64,000 bases of DNA from Pavona decussata (lineage: Eukaryota), in NCBI GenBank assembly GCA_977016875.1, contig CDRNST010000060.1:3348001-3412000 (forward strand). The letters are read 5' to 3'. Below, piece after piece: positions 25,272 to 40,200 of the stretch. The notes beneath the pieces were generated by a model. That model did not search any database, was not told where the DNA came from, and saw nothing but the letters and a program-made list of their open reading frames with translations. The position numbers were made by a program, and so were the translations under genes. How positions within the stretch are numbered: the first letter of the stretch is position 1; the number at the start of each line of letters is the position of its first letter.

Positions 25272-28200
25272 TTATATTTAATGAGGGGGTCCAACTCGCC
25301 AAGGCGGCTTTCAGTAGACCATTTTACAGTTGTGTGCTTAGTGACGTGGCCTTGGATTGGAAGCGAGGCTGGGTGTGACCTTGTTTTGATATAGACCTCA
25401 CTGCTTTACATATGTAAATCATGCTGTTCTTATGCTAACTAGAGTGCATTTACATATGAACAGCAGTCAGGTTTGTATCAAAACAAGGTCACCCTCAGCC
25501 TCACTTCCAATCCAAGGCCAGGTCACTAAGCACACAACTGTAAAATGGGCTATTCACAAAAGGTACCCACCCGTGATTTGTACACCAAGCGTGCTGCTAA
25601 CGTTACTCAAGAAGGTTTCGAAGATAATTAACAGGAGATCTTTATCCAGCGTTAGATGAGTACTTGGACCAGTTTTCAAACGAACATAGAATCTGACCTC
25701 TACAGGATTATATTGAATGGGATAGTTCGGAAGGACATTTATGAGATCTTCATCTGATGGTATAACTGACCTGAGAGGACAAAAAGATTTAAAAGATGTT
25801 AGAATTAGGAAGAACGTATTTCATATCATCATCTTCGGTTGCGTGAAACCTGTCCGACCTCATAGGCTTAAATCGCTAGAGAACAAATTACAGATTCTGA
25901 AAGTTCTCTTTCATGGTATGGGACCACGGGAAAAAGGAGGTGCGGAAAGGGGGGGGGGGGGGTGGTTAGAAATTGCCCATATCGGGGCAATGTCGAATAG
26001 TTACTCGCTTGTGCTTGAAAAAAGTAACCTTCTCAATTGATTATGACGTTTCATAATGGAAAAATTCCATCATCAGCCATCTTGGTTTCAGCCATTTTCC
26101 CCCATAATTACGACCACAATAATCAAGGAAATTGACTCGGAAGTAATCGGGACGTGTAAGACTGCTTTTCCCGCACAATCATAAACCGCACAAAAAGACT
26201 TTTGTATCAGTAGGCATCGACCTTAAGAAACCCAGTAACGAAAGGAAGCACTGTCATTAATTCTTAATTATATTCATGTATGACGAGAAATTCCACTTAC
26301 ATGTTCGCACACCGTGAAGAATTTCCGGCGCAGAAATCGGTGACAAAGAGAGCAAGCTGCTGTTTAAATCGACTCTCTAACAAGCACCACTGAAAAGTAA
26401 CAATATTCAGCAGTTATGTTATAAATAGATACTTTAAAAACCCATTAATAATTCATAAGTCCATTGACCTATCAAATGGTCGATAAACATCACGTGCAGT
26501 GGTTTTAAAACACGATAAAACCTCCTCTTCATTAGTATGCGGTGTTTTATGTTTTTCTCTTATGCTAATTTACAAACACGCTTTTCCAGGAATGCTTTTG
26601 AAGCCGTTCAAAAAACTCGCAGCACGTGTTTTATCGCGTCTAAAACCACTCGGCTAAGCCTCGTGGTTTTAAATCCCGATAAAACACTGCTGCTCGTGTT
26701 TTAAACGTTACAAAGTTTAAAAGTAACTCCCCTTGGGGCTTTTTAGTAACTGTTTACATCATTAGTGAACTAAATAAAGTCTCGAGTAAAAATGTAAAAA
26801 CTATCTATTATAAATACAGAAATCTAAACAGCTAAAAGCGAGAATACTACATCTGGGCGAGTAAATGTTCCTCCACCGATTTTTGAAAACTTTAAAAGAA
26901 CTGTATAACCAACATCATAAAACAACCTTTAGTTAGCGCGCACTCTTTTTGATTCAGTCATGCACCATGTGACCTTCTCGAAGATATTAGGCAATAATCT
27001 ACGCTGTAAATTCAAGGTTAAAGTAAGTCTATTTATGTATGTAAGGTAAATGTTTCAAGAGTTATTTAAATTATAACGGAAATTTAGAAGATTACTTTGT
27101 ATTTCTACTGTGTTACTAGAATTTCACAGAAGTTTGAGAGAAGTCGACCCAGCAAAGGAAGAGTCAAATTCCAATACACAAAGTTCCACTCTGATCACAC
27201 TTCACCAATTACGCGTCTCCAAAGCAAAGAAAAACAATAACGATACAAAATCGACCACAAACCTGTTGAATATCGATATTACGAATGATGATAGAAACAG
27301 AGTTATTGAATTCCTCTTCCGATGGAGTCCTACGCGTTGGAAAAACGCAAGGTGGTACGCTGGTTGGTGATACACTGAATGATGCGGTCGTGGTTGGTCT
27401 AACTGTGGTTGGGACACTTGTAGTAAATGGTACCGCTGTAACTGATGTCGTTGAAGTTGGTAATGGTGTGGTTGGTGTTCCTGTAATCAGTAGAGCCGAA
27501 GAAGATGTCACTGTTGAAGTAAACAGAGGTCACATAACAGAGAATACTTTCGCTAGTAATTATAATTATTTAGTGAAGCATGAATAAGGAAGTAAAAACA
27601 AGGAGCCGATTGACAGTTGGACAAAAGGAATAAATAAAATATGCCATCGCCTTTATCTCACATCTGTCAGGTGATAAGTCTAGTCGTGCCTTTCTATTTT
27701 AATTTCTAGTTGTGTTTGATCATAAAAAAACTCCTTCTGCGAGAGCCTTCATAACGAAAATGTTGTCTGATCTATCACTCAGCAAACGCAAATCATTCAA
27801 TTAACCAATCAGATCACGATATAAATGATATGCAAGAGGCCCCATGTGCTGAAAAAAAAATTAATCATTGCGGACTACTAGATGTCTACAATCGGTCCTA
27901 AAGAAGGCAAAACCTTCGATGAACCTGTATTTAAAAAAACGCATAACCGACACAACGAAAACGTTTTTTCGGGTAATTGGTTTCAAGCGCGGTTTTAAGC
28001 CATTGTTAGCAGCATAGTTACATGAGGGACTGGTTAGGAAACCTTGCCATGAAAACAATCAGGTGCTGCAATTTATGTTGCAAGGGCCGCGACCCTGCAC
28101 AATCCCTTGCTTTAACGTTCACACCACAGTTTAATATCTTAACAAAAACGTTTCCATTGGTCAGTTGCTCCAACACATTCCAAATTCTATTGCTGTTTGT

Positions 28201-31200
28201 GCAGGGTCAAGGCCAAAAAGGCAAACAAAAACATATAACACAGAAGTTGTCAGGTTTCATAACCATTGCCTTTAATTAACTATGTTAGGAGCGACTGAGC
28301 GTGCAACTGATGGCACGCGCGAGAAAGCAAGTAAAGATATCTGAACACGGGTTAAACGTGCGCAAACAAAGTCACGATTGATTTTTGCTTTGCTTTTAAT
28401 TGGTCGAAATTAGCATCTTGTTTGGTGTGATCACAGGTCCCAGAGAAGTTCTGTTCAATCGTACAAGACAGATCTCACCTTATTAATTCCAAAAACATGT
28501 TTACTTTGTACCAAAAACATTGCCTAAACAAACTTCTTTTGAATTTTAAACGTTTTCTGGTTCCATTTCCTTCTATATGGAACGGTTTCCGCCTTGTTTA
28601 CCTGCATATACCGCGGACCAAAAGTACTGTGGGCTCACAAGGTTACGAAAGGTTGGCTTATTGTGAAAGAGGAGTCTTATTTTTCTTGCCGATTCGTTTT
28701 TCGTTAGGAAAGCTTCCCTTTCCGAAGAAAATTCGTTGCCCTTCGGACAAGGATTATCGACTGTAAAGTAAACATGAAGGAAATCGTACCAGGAGCCAGA
28801 GGGATATAGAAGCAGAAATCGTATACAATACAGAAGGATTTCATTTTGGCAATCTTTATTCTACAAAGTAAACATGTTTTGGAATTTCCAATAATGTGTC
28901 AGGTGTCTTGTACGTTGGAAGTAAATTCTCTGAACTCTGTAGTATGATTGGTGAGAGCAAGCTAGCGAATTTTTAGCCAATTAAAGTCGGCATAGCAAAC
29001 CTAAACCAACGCAAAACAGCAATACTTTCGGTTTTAAATTATTATCTCATTACTTCACCCAATCGACTCGGAAAGTTTAATGCTTTAGTCAAAATCAATA
29101 TTTCAAGATAAAATAAGTCTCCTGCAAGTTTGAATTTTTAAACGATTTCACGTTATTTTCTCCCATTTGGAGTGTATTCATTGTTAAATCTTACAGTCAA
29201 CCCAGGTCACGCGTGAACGATATTTTTGAAATTTGAACGGAGTTTTGAAATTTACATGTCAGTTTTTAAAATCGCCAACGAGATTTCAGAGTTCCCGTAT
29301 AAATTTCCCTAGTTTATTGACAGTATAAAGCTATGAATTTTTCTTTACATTGCAAAATTGAATATTTCAAGAATAACAATTGTTTCCCAAGTATTTTGAA
29401 TCTTTTTTTCAGTTAATGCGTCTTTTTCGGAACGATTTCCAGAGAGATGTCCAACATTTCATTCACACGTCGGACATTTAATACAAAGAGAAACTCGAAT
29501 GTTCATTTCATTCTTGGAATTACTGTTTACGCGTGACCTGGATTGACTGTAAGTACTTTCATGTTCAAGATATTAAAACTTAAACAGTGATCTCAAAGTA
29601 ATCCATTTTTTTATTACCTGGGCAGGGGTCTAAGTTACATGGCCGTGTCTCGTTTCTAGGTCCCACGCAGTCTGAACCATTGTTGATTGGAGGAGGACTG
29701 GTGCAGTTCCGGTATCGTACCTGGGTACCATTCCCACAAGTGGAACTACACGGTCCATAGGAACCCCAGTTTGAAAAGCCACCATCGACTATGAAAAGCA
29801 AAAGGAAATATTACAGATTGATTTGCAATGCTATCAAAATGTATTTGCTCTTCAATGTTTTTTTTTACAAAGAAGACCAATGAAATCAATATTCACGCCG
29901 TTTTTCCTGATTCTTTAATATTTCGCTTCAGTGTTTGTGGGAGTTAGTTCTCCAGAGTGGGAGCCATTGTACTTTCATTTAAGATGCATGGATAATAAAT
30001 AAAATTGTTTGTTATTATTTAACGTCGGCGGCCCAGGTTACCAAACACGCCTTTTATATAAACTCATCTTAAACCGTCTGAGTACATCGATATACCGTAA
30101 TTATTCTATGGTGTTCATGCAACAGATAAAATTAATTAATTACTTAAATAATTAATTAATAAACAAACAAGTAATAAATTTTCTTTAATAACGTTGACTC
30201 AAAAAAATGCACTGCTTACCTGCCAACTGCACTCCAAACGTATCACTGATGTTTTGCACGAAAGATGGCACAACGTTTGTTAACACAGTTCTGTTCAGTG
30301 TAACAGAAGTGTTTCCATCGGCTGGCAAGCGAACGTAGAACTTAATTTGCAGCGGACTGTTCACCAATGGAAATCCCGGAAGAAGATATACCCGAGTTTG
30401 ATTTGACCTAAACAAGGAAGAGTAGCAGGACAAAATATTATTTAGGCTATGTGGTAAGTCGGTGGTTTTCTAAAAAATCAACAACTTCAACTACAACTTT
30501 ATTGTAGTTTTTGGTAAATTTTACGTAACATTTTCGCTATCCGAAAAAGCGAAAAGTGCATAATCCAGGCGTGCAGCAAGGGAAGAAAGTCAAGATGTCA
30601 AGTATATGTGTGTAGTTTAAAAGTGTTACAAAGACAGATCATTTTTAAGGTAAACCAAAGTCCTCAAAAACACCCTACCGTTAAGCTAAAAGATGAATAT
30701 TTTAACTTACCCGTCATCACATAATCCAGATGAGCGGCAGAAAGCGTTGACGAACTCAATCAGTACTCTCTTAAACTCTTCTTCTCGTGCACACCACTGA
30801 AAGATTTAATTGATTTTTTCGTTTTCAGTTTTTAAGCATTTCAGTCCTTTTTTTCTGTACAGTGAACATAGACTAAAACGTCTTCAAAACGGTTGTTTAG
30901 TAAGGCGCTAACAGTTTGTCTTATCGTTCTACAAATTCCCTCGTGCACTGAAAACGTTTGTGAGGCGTCGCAGGACCATTAAAAGATGACGCCTTCTTTT
31001 AAACTATACCCTAAGTCACTGTCGACAGTTGCACTCCTCAGAGGTCAGGGTGCCAAACGGATGGAGGGAGTTCCAGGAACCCGAAATGTTTCGCCATAGC
31101 GCCCAAAATGCGAATCCTTTCTTCTCGGATCCCGAACAAAATTGCTCATTCAGGTACGAAGGATTTTCTCCGCCACTTTATTGGATCACTCGGCTGAAAC

Positions 31201-34200
31201 GAGTTTACTGAGGATAGGGAACACCAAAACAAGACCCTATGAAAATCCTTGGGAATGCAACAAACGACTGCAAAAATCTCCTACTGATCTTAAGATTCTT
31301 CATGGCACCAGGGGCTAGATTCACAAAGACCTTCTAACTTAACATGTATCTTAGATATTGTTTCTTAACAAAGGCCTTTTCTTGGAATAACAAGAGACTA
31401 CTGTTCAAAACCAATACTTAGGATACATGTTAACTTAGTAAATCTTTGTGAACAGGTCCTGGAGATAGATTCATGAAACTCTCCTAAGTTAGATATATCC
31501 TAAGTATTGTTTCCTGACAGAAGTGTAGTGTTGGAATAACAATAGCATATTGTTAAGAAACAATATTTACGATACATTTTAAGTTAGGAGGGCTTCATGA
31601 ATGTGGCCCCAGGAGCCATAAACTCCTAATTGGGACCATCAAAGTTGATGCCAAAATATGTCCTTTCAGAAAGTTTTAAAACACTGGCCAAAACATACCA
31701 TTTCAACGTGTAATTTAACATTTTACAGGTTCAATCACTGATTAGTTGCACACGAAAGTTAAATTTAAGTTCAAATATGTGTCTAACCCGATTTCAACTT
31801 CACCAGTAAGGTTTGAAATTGTTGTGATTAACGTGCAGTTTGGAAAGTGAGCAGAATGTTACGCCGCTCTTTTGTGAATCCGAGTCACGTTTACCATCAT
31901 AAGCGCACTTAAGAAAATGAACAATAAGGACAAACCTCTGTAATAGTGAAATTTGAAAAAGTAAAAGTAAAAGCATTATCGGTGTCCTCTTGTGATGGAA
32001 TGCGACGAACAATGCCACAGGGCGGTGGTGGGGCTGTTGCTGACGGAGCTGGTGTGCTTGACGGAGCTAGTGTGCCTGACGGAGCTGGTGTGCCTGGTGG
32101 AGCTAGTGTGCCTGACGGGGCTAGTGTGCCTGACGAGGCTGGTGTGCCTGACGGAGCTGGTGTGCCTGGTGGAGCAGGAGTGCTTGATGGAGCTGGTGTG
32201 CCTGGTGGAGCAGGTGTGCTTGATGGAGCTGGTGTGCCTGATGGAGCTGGTGCGCCTGACGGAACTGGTGTACCTGACAGAGCTGGTGTGCCTGACGGAG
32301 CTGGTGTGCCTGGTGGAGCAGGTGTGCTTGATGGAACCGGTGTGCGTGACGCAGCTAATGTGCCTGGTGGAGCTGGTGTGCCTGACGGAGCTGGTGTGCC
32401 TGGTGGAGCTGGTGTGCCGGACGGAGTTGGTGTGCCTGGTGGAGCTGTTGTTGGAACTGTTGTTTTTGATTAGAAGTATTAAAGAGGTATAAAAGAATGA
32501 ATTTAAAAGAACTCAATCTATCACCACGACATTTATCACTAAGTGACAATATCCTCAATAATATCCCTAAGAATGCAATTACAATCTATAACTTGTTTAA
32601 TTGTGGAAAGTAACGATGAGAGAAATCGGGAGATCTCTCTACTAAGTAAGAACGAATGAATGGACAGACGGAGAAATGGACGATGGATGCCGGAATGGAT
32701 GGATGATGGATGGAAGACTGACTAGTTGGATGGAAGAACAGACGGAAGCAAAATACCCTAAAAAACAAAACAAAACAAACGAACACTCTGCTAAAGGAGG
32801 TACTCGGTTTTCTTCCGCTCAAAAAAATGTTAACTGCTTGAGATTGACGTGATACCTAAAATTATCTCAAAAAACCGAGAGCAAGATAGATGATCCTTAG
32901 TACTTGATGACTCGTGATCTTCGTAGAAAATAAATCTACTGCCATTTTTAATATTAAAATCACCATGAAGGAAAACGACAGTGAAACTATTAACATCTTC
33001 ATAACTTTCTTCGATGCTCTTGTGTAGGCGTCAGACGTTCGCCGATACTCGTTGTCTATAGATTAGAAGGTAGAGTTTCTGTGCTTTTTTGGCCGGTCTA
33101 CTGGCAAGTGAGTTGAAGATGGCATTCAGGAGGGAAACCGATGTTAAATGAAACAGGAATGGCTAAACGGTTTACCTGGGCAGGGGTCTGGGTTACATGG
33201 CCGTGTCTCGTTTCTAGGTCCCACGCAGTCTGAACCATTGTTGATCGGAGGAGGACTGGTGCAGTTCCGGTATCGTACCTGGGTACCATTCCCACAAGTG
33301 GAACTACACGGTCCATAGGAACCCCAGTTTGAAAATCCGCCATCGACTATGAAAAGCAAAAGGAAAAATTACAGATTGATTTGCAATGCTATCAAAATGT
33401 ATTTGCTCTTCAATTTTTTTTTTTACAAAGATGACTAATGAAATCAATATTCACGCCGTTTTTCCTGTTTCTTTAATATTTCGCTGCAGTGTTTGTGGGA
33501 GTTAGTTCTCTAGAGTGGGAGCCATTGTACTTTCATTTAAGTTGCATGGATAATAAATAAAATTGTTCGTTATTAGTTAACGTCTAAGGGCAAGGATAAT
33601 AAGAACGCCTTTTACATGAACTCATTTCAAACCGTCTGAGTACAACGATATACCGTAATTATTCTATGACGTTCATGCAACAGCTAAATTAATTAATTCA
33701 TTCATTAATTAACAAATAAATAATAAATTTCCTTTAATCACGTTGACTCAAAATAATTCACTGCTTACCAGCCAACTGCACTCCAAACGTATCACTGATG
33801 TTTTGCACGAAAGATGGCACAACGTTTGTTAACACAGTTCTGTTCAGTGTAACAGAAGTGTTTCCATCGGCTGGCAAGCGAACGTAGAACTTAATTTGCA
33901 GCGGACTGTTCACCAATGGAAATCCCGGAAGAAGATATACCCGAGTTTGATTTGACCTAAACAAGGAAGATTAGAAGGACAAAATATTATTTAGGCTATG
34001 TGGTAAGTCGGTGTAGTTCTAATAAATCAACAACTTCAACTACAACTTTATTGTAGTTTTTGGTAAATTTTACGTAACATTTTCGCTATCCCAAAAAGCG
34101 AAAAGTGCATAATCCAGGTGTGCAGCAAGGGAAGAAAGTCAAGATGTCAAGTATATGTGTGTAGTTTAAAAGTGTTACAAAGACAGATCATTTTTAAGGT

Positions 34201-37200
34201 AAACCAAAGTCCTCAAGAACACCCTACCGTTAACTTAAAAGATGAATATTTTAACTTACCCGTCATCACATAATCCAGATGAGCGGCAGAAAGCGTTGAC
34301 GAACTCAATCAGTACTCTCTTAAACTCTTCTTCTCGTGCACACCACTGAAAGATTTAATTGATTTTTTCGTTTTTAGTTTTTAAGCATTTCAGTCATTTA
34401 TTTCTGTACAGTGAACATAGACTAAAACGTCTTCAAAACGGTTGTTTAGTAAGGCGCTAACAGTTTGTCTTATCGTTTTACAAATTCCCTCGTGCACTGA
34501 AAACGTTTGTGAGGCGTCGCAGGACCATTAAAAGATGACGCCTTCTTTTAAACTATACCCTAAGTCACTGTCGACAGTTGCACTCCTCAGAGGTCAGGGT
34601 GCCAAATGGATGGAGGGAGTTCCAGGAACCCGAAATGTTTCGCCATAGCGCCCAAAATGCGAATCCTTTCTACTCGGATCCCGAACAAAATTGCTCATTC
34701 AGGTACGAAGGATTTTCTCCACTACTTTATTGGTTCACTCGGCTGAAACGAGTTTACTGAGGATAGGGAACACCAAAACAAGACCCTATGAAAATCCTTG
34801 GGAATGCAACAAACGACTGCAAAAATCTCCTACTGATCTTAAGATTCTTCATGGCACCAGGGGCTAGATTCACAAAGACCTTCTAACTTAACATGTATCT
34901 TAGATATTGTTTCTTAACAAAGGCCTTTTCTTGGAATAACAAGAGACTACTGTTCAAAACCAATACTTAGGATACATGTTAACTTAGTAAATCTTCGTGA
35001 ACAGGTCCTGGAGATAGATTCATGAAACTCTCCTTAGTTAGATATATACTAAGTATTGTTTCCTGACAGAAGTGTAGTGTTGGAATAACAATGGCATATT
35101 GTTAAGAAACAATATTTACGATACATTTTAAGTTAGGAGGGCTTCATGAATGTGGCCCCAGGAGCCATGAACTTCTAATTGGGACCATCAAAGTTGATGC
35201 CAAAATATGTCCTTTCGAGAAGTTTCAAAACACTGGCCAAAACATACCATTTCAACGTGTAATTTAACATTTTACAGGTTCAATCACTGATTAGTTGCAC
35301 ACGAAAGTTAAATTTAAGTTCAAATATGTGTCTAACCGGATTTCAACTTCACCAGTAAGGTTTGAAATTGTTGTGATTAACGTGCAGTTTGGAAAGTGAG
35401 CACAATGTTACGCCGTTCTTTTGTGAATCCGAGTCACGTTTACTATCATAAGCGCACTTAAGAAAATGAACAATAAGGACAAACCTCTGTAATAGTGAAA
35501 TTTGAAAAAGTAAAAGTAAAAGCATTATCGGTGTCCTCTTGTGATGGAACGCGACGAACAATGCCACAGGGCGGTGGTGGGGCTGTTGCTGACGGAGCTG
35601 GTGTGCTTGACGGAGCTAGTGTGCCTGACGGAGCTGGTGTGCCTGGTGGAGCTAGTGTGCCTGACGGGGCTAGTGTGCCTGACGGAGCTGGTGTGCCTGG
35701 TGGAGCTGGTGTGCCTGACGGAGCTGGTGTGCCTAACGGAGCTAGTGTGCCTGGTGGAGCAGGAGTGCTTGATGGAGCTGGTGTGCCTGGTGGAGCAGGT
35801 GTGCCTGATGGAGCTGGTGTGCCTGACGGAACTGGTGTGCCTGACAGAGCTGGTGTGCCTGACGGAGCTGGTGTGCCTGGTGGAGCAGGTGTGCTTGATG
35901 GAGCTGGTATGCGTAGTGTGCCTGGTGGAGCTGGTGTGCCTGACGGAGCTAGTGTGCCTGACGGAGCTGGTGTGCCTGGTGGAGCAGGTGTGCCTGACGG
36001 AGCTGGTGTGCCTGGTGCAGCTGGTGTGCCGGACGGAGCTGGTGTGCCTGGTGGAGCTGTTGTGTTTAGTGGAGCTGGTGTGCCTGATGGTGCTGGTGTT
36101 CCTGGGGGGGCAGGTGTGCTTGATGGAGTTGGTGTCCCTGACGGAGCTGGTGTGCCTGGTGGAGTTGTTGTTGGAACTGTTGTTTTTGATTACAAGTATT
36201 AAAGAGGTATAAAAGAATGAATTTAAAAGAACTCAATCTATCACCACGACATTTATCACTAAGTGACAATATCCCCAATAATATCCCTAAGAATGCAATT
36301 AGAAAGTATAACCTGTTTAATTGTGGAAAGTAACGATGAGAGAAATCGGGAGATCTCTCTACTAAGTAAGAACGAATAAATGGACAGACGGAGAAATGGA
36401 CGATGGATGCCGGAATGGATGGATGATGGATGGAAGACTGACTAGTTGGATGGAAGAACAGACGGAAGCGAAATACCTAAAAATCAAAACAAAACAAACG
36501 AACACTCTGCTAAAGGAGGTACTCGGTTTTCTTTCGCTCAAAAAATTGTTAACTGCTTGAGATTGACGTGATACCTAAAATTATCTCAAAAAGCCGAGAG
36601 CAAGATAGATGATCCTTAGTACTTGATGACTCGTGATCTTCGTAGAAACTAAATCTACTGCCTTTTTTGATATTAAAATCGCCATGAAGGAAAACGACAG
36701 TGAAACTATTAACATCTTCATAACTTTCTTCGATGCTCTTGTGTAGGCGTCAGACGTTCGCCGATACTCGTTGTCTATAGATTAGAAGGTAGAGTTTCTG
36801 CGTTTTTTTGGCCGGTCTACTGGCAAGTGAGTTGAAGATGGCATTCAGGAGTGAAACGGATGTTAAATGAAACAGGAATTGCTAAACGGTTTACCTGGGC
36901 AGGGGTCTGGGTTACATGGTCGTGTCTCGTTCGTAGGTCCCACACAGTCTGAACCATTGTTGATTGGAGGAGGGTTAGTGCAGTTGCGGTATCGTACCTG
37001 GGTACCATTCCCACAAGTGGAACTACACGGTCCATAGGAACCCCAGTTTGAAAATCCGCCATCGACTATGAAAAGCAAAAGGAAAAATTACAGATTGATT
37101 TGCAATGCTATCAAAATGTATTTGCTCTTCAATTTTTTTTTTTACAAAGATGACTAATGAAATCAATATTCACGCCGTTTTTCCTGTTTCTTTAATATTT

Positions 37201-40200
37201 CGCTGCAGTGTTTGTGGGAATTAGTTCTCTAGAGTGGGAGCCATTGTACTTTCATTTAAGTTGCATGGATAATAAATAAAATTGTTCGTTATTAGTTAAC
37301 GTCTAAGGGCAAGGATAATAAGAACGCCTTTTACATGAACTCATTTCAAACCGTCTGAGTACAACGATATACCGTAATTATTCTATGACGTTCATGCAAC
37401 AGCTAAATTAATTAATTCATTCATTAATTAACAAATAAATAATAAATTTCCTTTAATCACGTTGACTCAAAATAATTCACTGCTTACCAGCCAACTGCAC
37501 TCCAAACGTATCACTGATGTTTTGCACGAAAGATGGCACAACGTTTGTTAACACAGTTCTGTTCAGTGTAACAGAAGTGTTTCCATCGGCTGGCAAGCGA
37601 ACGTAGAACTTAATTTGCAGCGGACTGCTCACCAATGGAAATCCCGGAAGAAGATATACCCGAGTTTGATTTGACCTAAACAAGGAAGATTAGAAGGACA
37701 AAATATTATTTAGGCTATGTGGTAAGTCGGTGTAGTTCTAATAAATCAACAACTTCAACTACAATTTTATTGTAGTTTTTGGTAAATTTTACGTAAAATT
37801 TTCGCTATCCCAAAAAGCGAAAAGTGCATAATTCAGGCATGCAGCAAGGGAAGAAAGTCAAGATGTCAAGTATATGTGTGTAGTTTAAAAGTGTTACAAA
37901 GACAGATCATTTTTAAGGTAAACCAAAGTCCTCAAAAACACCCTACCGTTAACCTAAAAGATGAATATTTTAACTTACCCGTCATCACATAATCCAGATG
38001 AGCGGCAGAAAGCGTTGACGAACTCAATCAGTACTCTCTTAAACTCTTCTTCTCGTGCACACCACTGAAAGATTTAATTGATTTTTTCGTTTTTAGTTTT
38101 TAAGCATTTCAGTCATTTATTTCTGTACAGTGAACATAGACTAAAACGTCTTCAAAACGGTTGTTTAGTAAGGCGCTAACAGTTTGTCTTATCGTTCTAC
38201 AAATTCCCTCGTGCACTGAAAACGTTTGTGAGGCGTCGCAGGACCATTAAAAGATGACGCCTTCTTTTAAACTATACCCTAAGTCACTGTCGACAGTTGC
38301 ACTCCTCAGAGGTCAGGGTGCCAAATGGATGGAGGGAGTTCAAGGAACCCGAAATGTTTCGCCATAGCGCCCAAAATGCGAATCCTTTCTACTCGGATCC
38401 CGAACAAAATTGCTCATTCAGGTACGAAGGATTTTCTCCACTACTTTATTGGTTCACTCGGCTGAAACGAGTTTACTAAGGATAGGGAACACCAAAACAA
38501 GACCCTATGAAAATCCTTGGGAATGCAACAAACGACTGCAAAAATCTCCTACTGATCTTAAGATTCTTCATGGCACCAGGGGCTAGATTCACAAAGACCT
38601 TCTAACTTAACATGTATCTTAGATATTGTTTCTTAACAAAGGCCTTTTCTTGGAATAACAAGAGACTACTGTTCAAAACCAATACTTAGGATACATGTTA
38701 ACTTAGTAAATCTTCGTGAACAGGTCCTGGAGATAGATTCATGAAACTCTCCTTAGTTAGATATATACTAAGTATTGTTTCCTGACAGAAGTGTAGTGTT
38801 GGAATAACAATGGCATATTGTTAAGAAACAATATTTACGATACATTTTAAGTTAGGAGGGCTTCATGAATGTGGCCCCAGGAGCCATGAACTTCTAATTG
38901 GGACCATCAAAGTTGATGCCAAAATATGTCCTTTCGAGAAGTTTCAAAACACTGGCCAAAACATACCATTTCAACGTGTAATTTAACATTTTACAGGTTC
39001 AATCACTGATTAGTTGCACACGAAAGTTAAATTTAAGTTCAAATATGTGTCTAACCGGATTTCAACTTCACCAGTAAGGTTTGAAATTGTTGTGATTAAC
39101 GTGCAGTTTGGAAAATGAGCACAATGTTACGCCGTTCTTTTGTGAATCCGAGTCACGTTTACCATCATAAGCGCACTTAAGAAAATGAACAATAAGGACA
39201 AACCTCTGTAATAGTGAAATTTGAAAAAGTAAAAGTAAAAGCATTATCGGTGTCCTCTTGTGATGGAACGCGACGAACAATGCCACAAGGCGGTGGTGGG
39301 GCTGTTGCTGACGGAGCTGGTGTGCTTGACGGAGCTAGTGTGCCTGACGGAGCTGGTGTGCCTGGTGGAGCTACTGTGCCTGACGGGGCTAGTGTGCCTG
39401 ACGGAGCTGGTGTGCCTGGTGGAGCTGGTGTGCCTGATGGATCTGGTGTGCCTGACGGAGCTGGTGTGCCTGGTGGAGCAGGAGTGCTTGATGGAGCTGG
39501 TGTGCCTGGTGGAGCAGGTGTGCTTGATGGAGCTGGTGTACCTGATGGAGCTGGTGTGCCTGAAGGAACTGGTGTGCCTGACGTAGCTGGTTTGCCTGGT
39601 GGAGCAGGTGTGCTTGATGGAACCGGTGTGCGTGACGGAGCTAATGTGCCTGGTGGACTTGGTGTGCCTGACGGAGCTGGTGTGCCTGGTGGAGCAGGTG
39701 TGCTTGATGGAGCTGGTGTGCGTGGTGTGCCTGGTGGAGCTGGTGTGCCTGACGGAGCTGGTGTGCCTGGTGGAGCTGGTGTGCCTGACGCAGCTGGTGT
39801 GCCTGGTGGAGCTGTTGTTGGAACTGTTGTTTTTGATTAGAAGTATTAAAGAGGTATAAAAGAATGAATTTAAAAAAACTCAATCTATTACCACGACATT
39901 TATCACTAAGTGACAATATCCTCAATAATATCCCTAAGAATGCAATTACAATGTATAACCTGTTTAATTGTGGAAAGTAACGATGAGAGAAATCGGGAGA
40001 TCTCTCTACTAAGTAAGAACAAATGAATGGACAGACGGAGAAATGGACGATGGATGCCGGAATGGATGGATGATGGATGGAAGACTGACTAGTTGGGTGG
40101 AAGAACAGACGGAAGCGAAATACCTAAAAAACAAAACAAAACAAACGAACACTCTGCTAAAGGAGGTACTCGGTTTTCTTCCGCTCAAAAAAATGTTAAC

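Noticed and set aside
24808-25378. Poly-Ile, poly-Tyr and poly-X ORFs (also 3009-3419 and 23184-23643)
   Set aside because: Translations of (AAT)n microsatellites and N-gaps.
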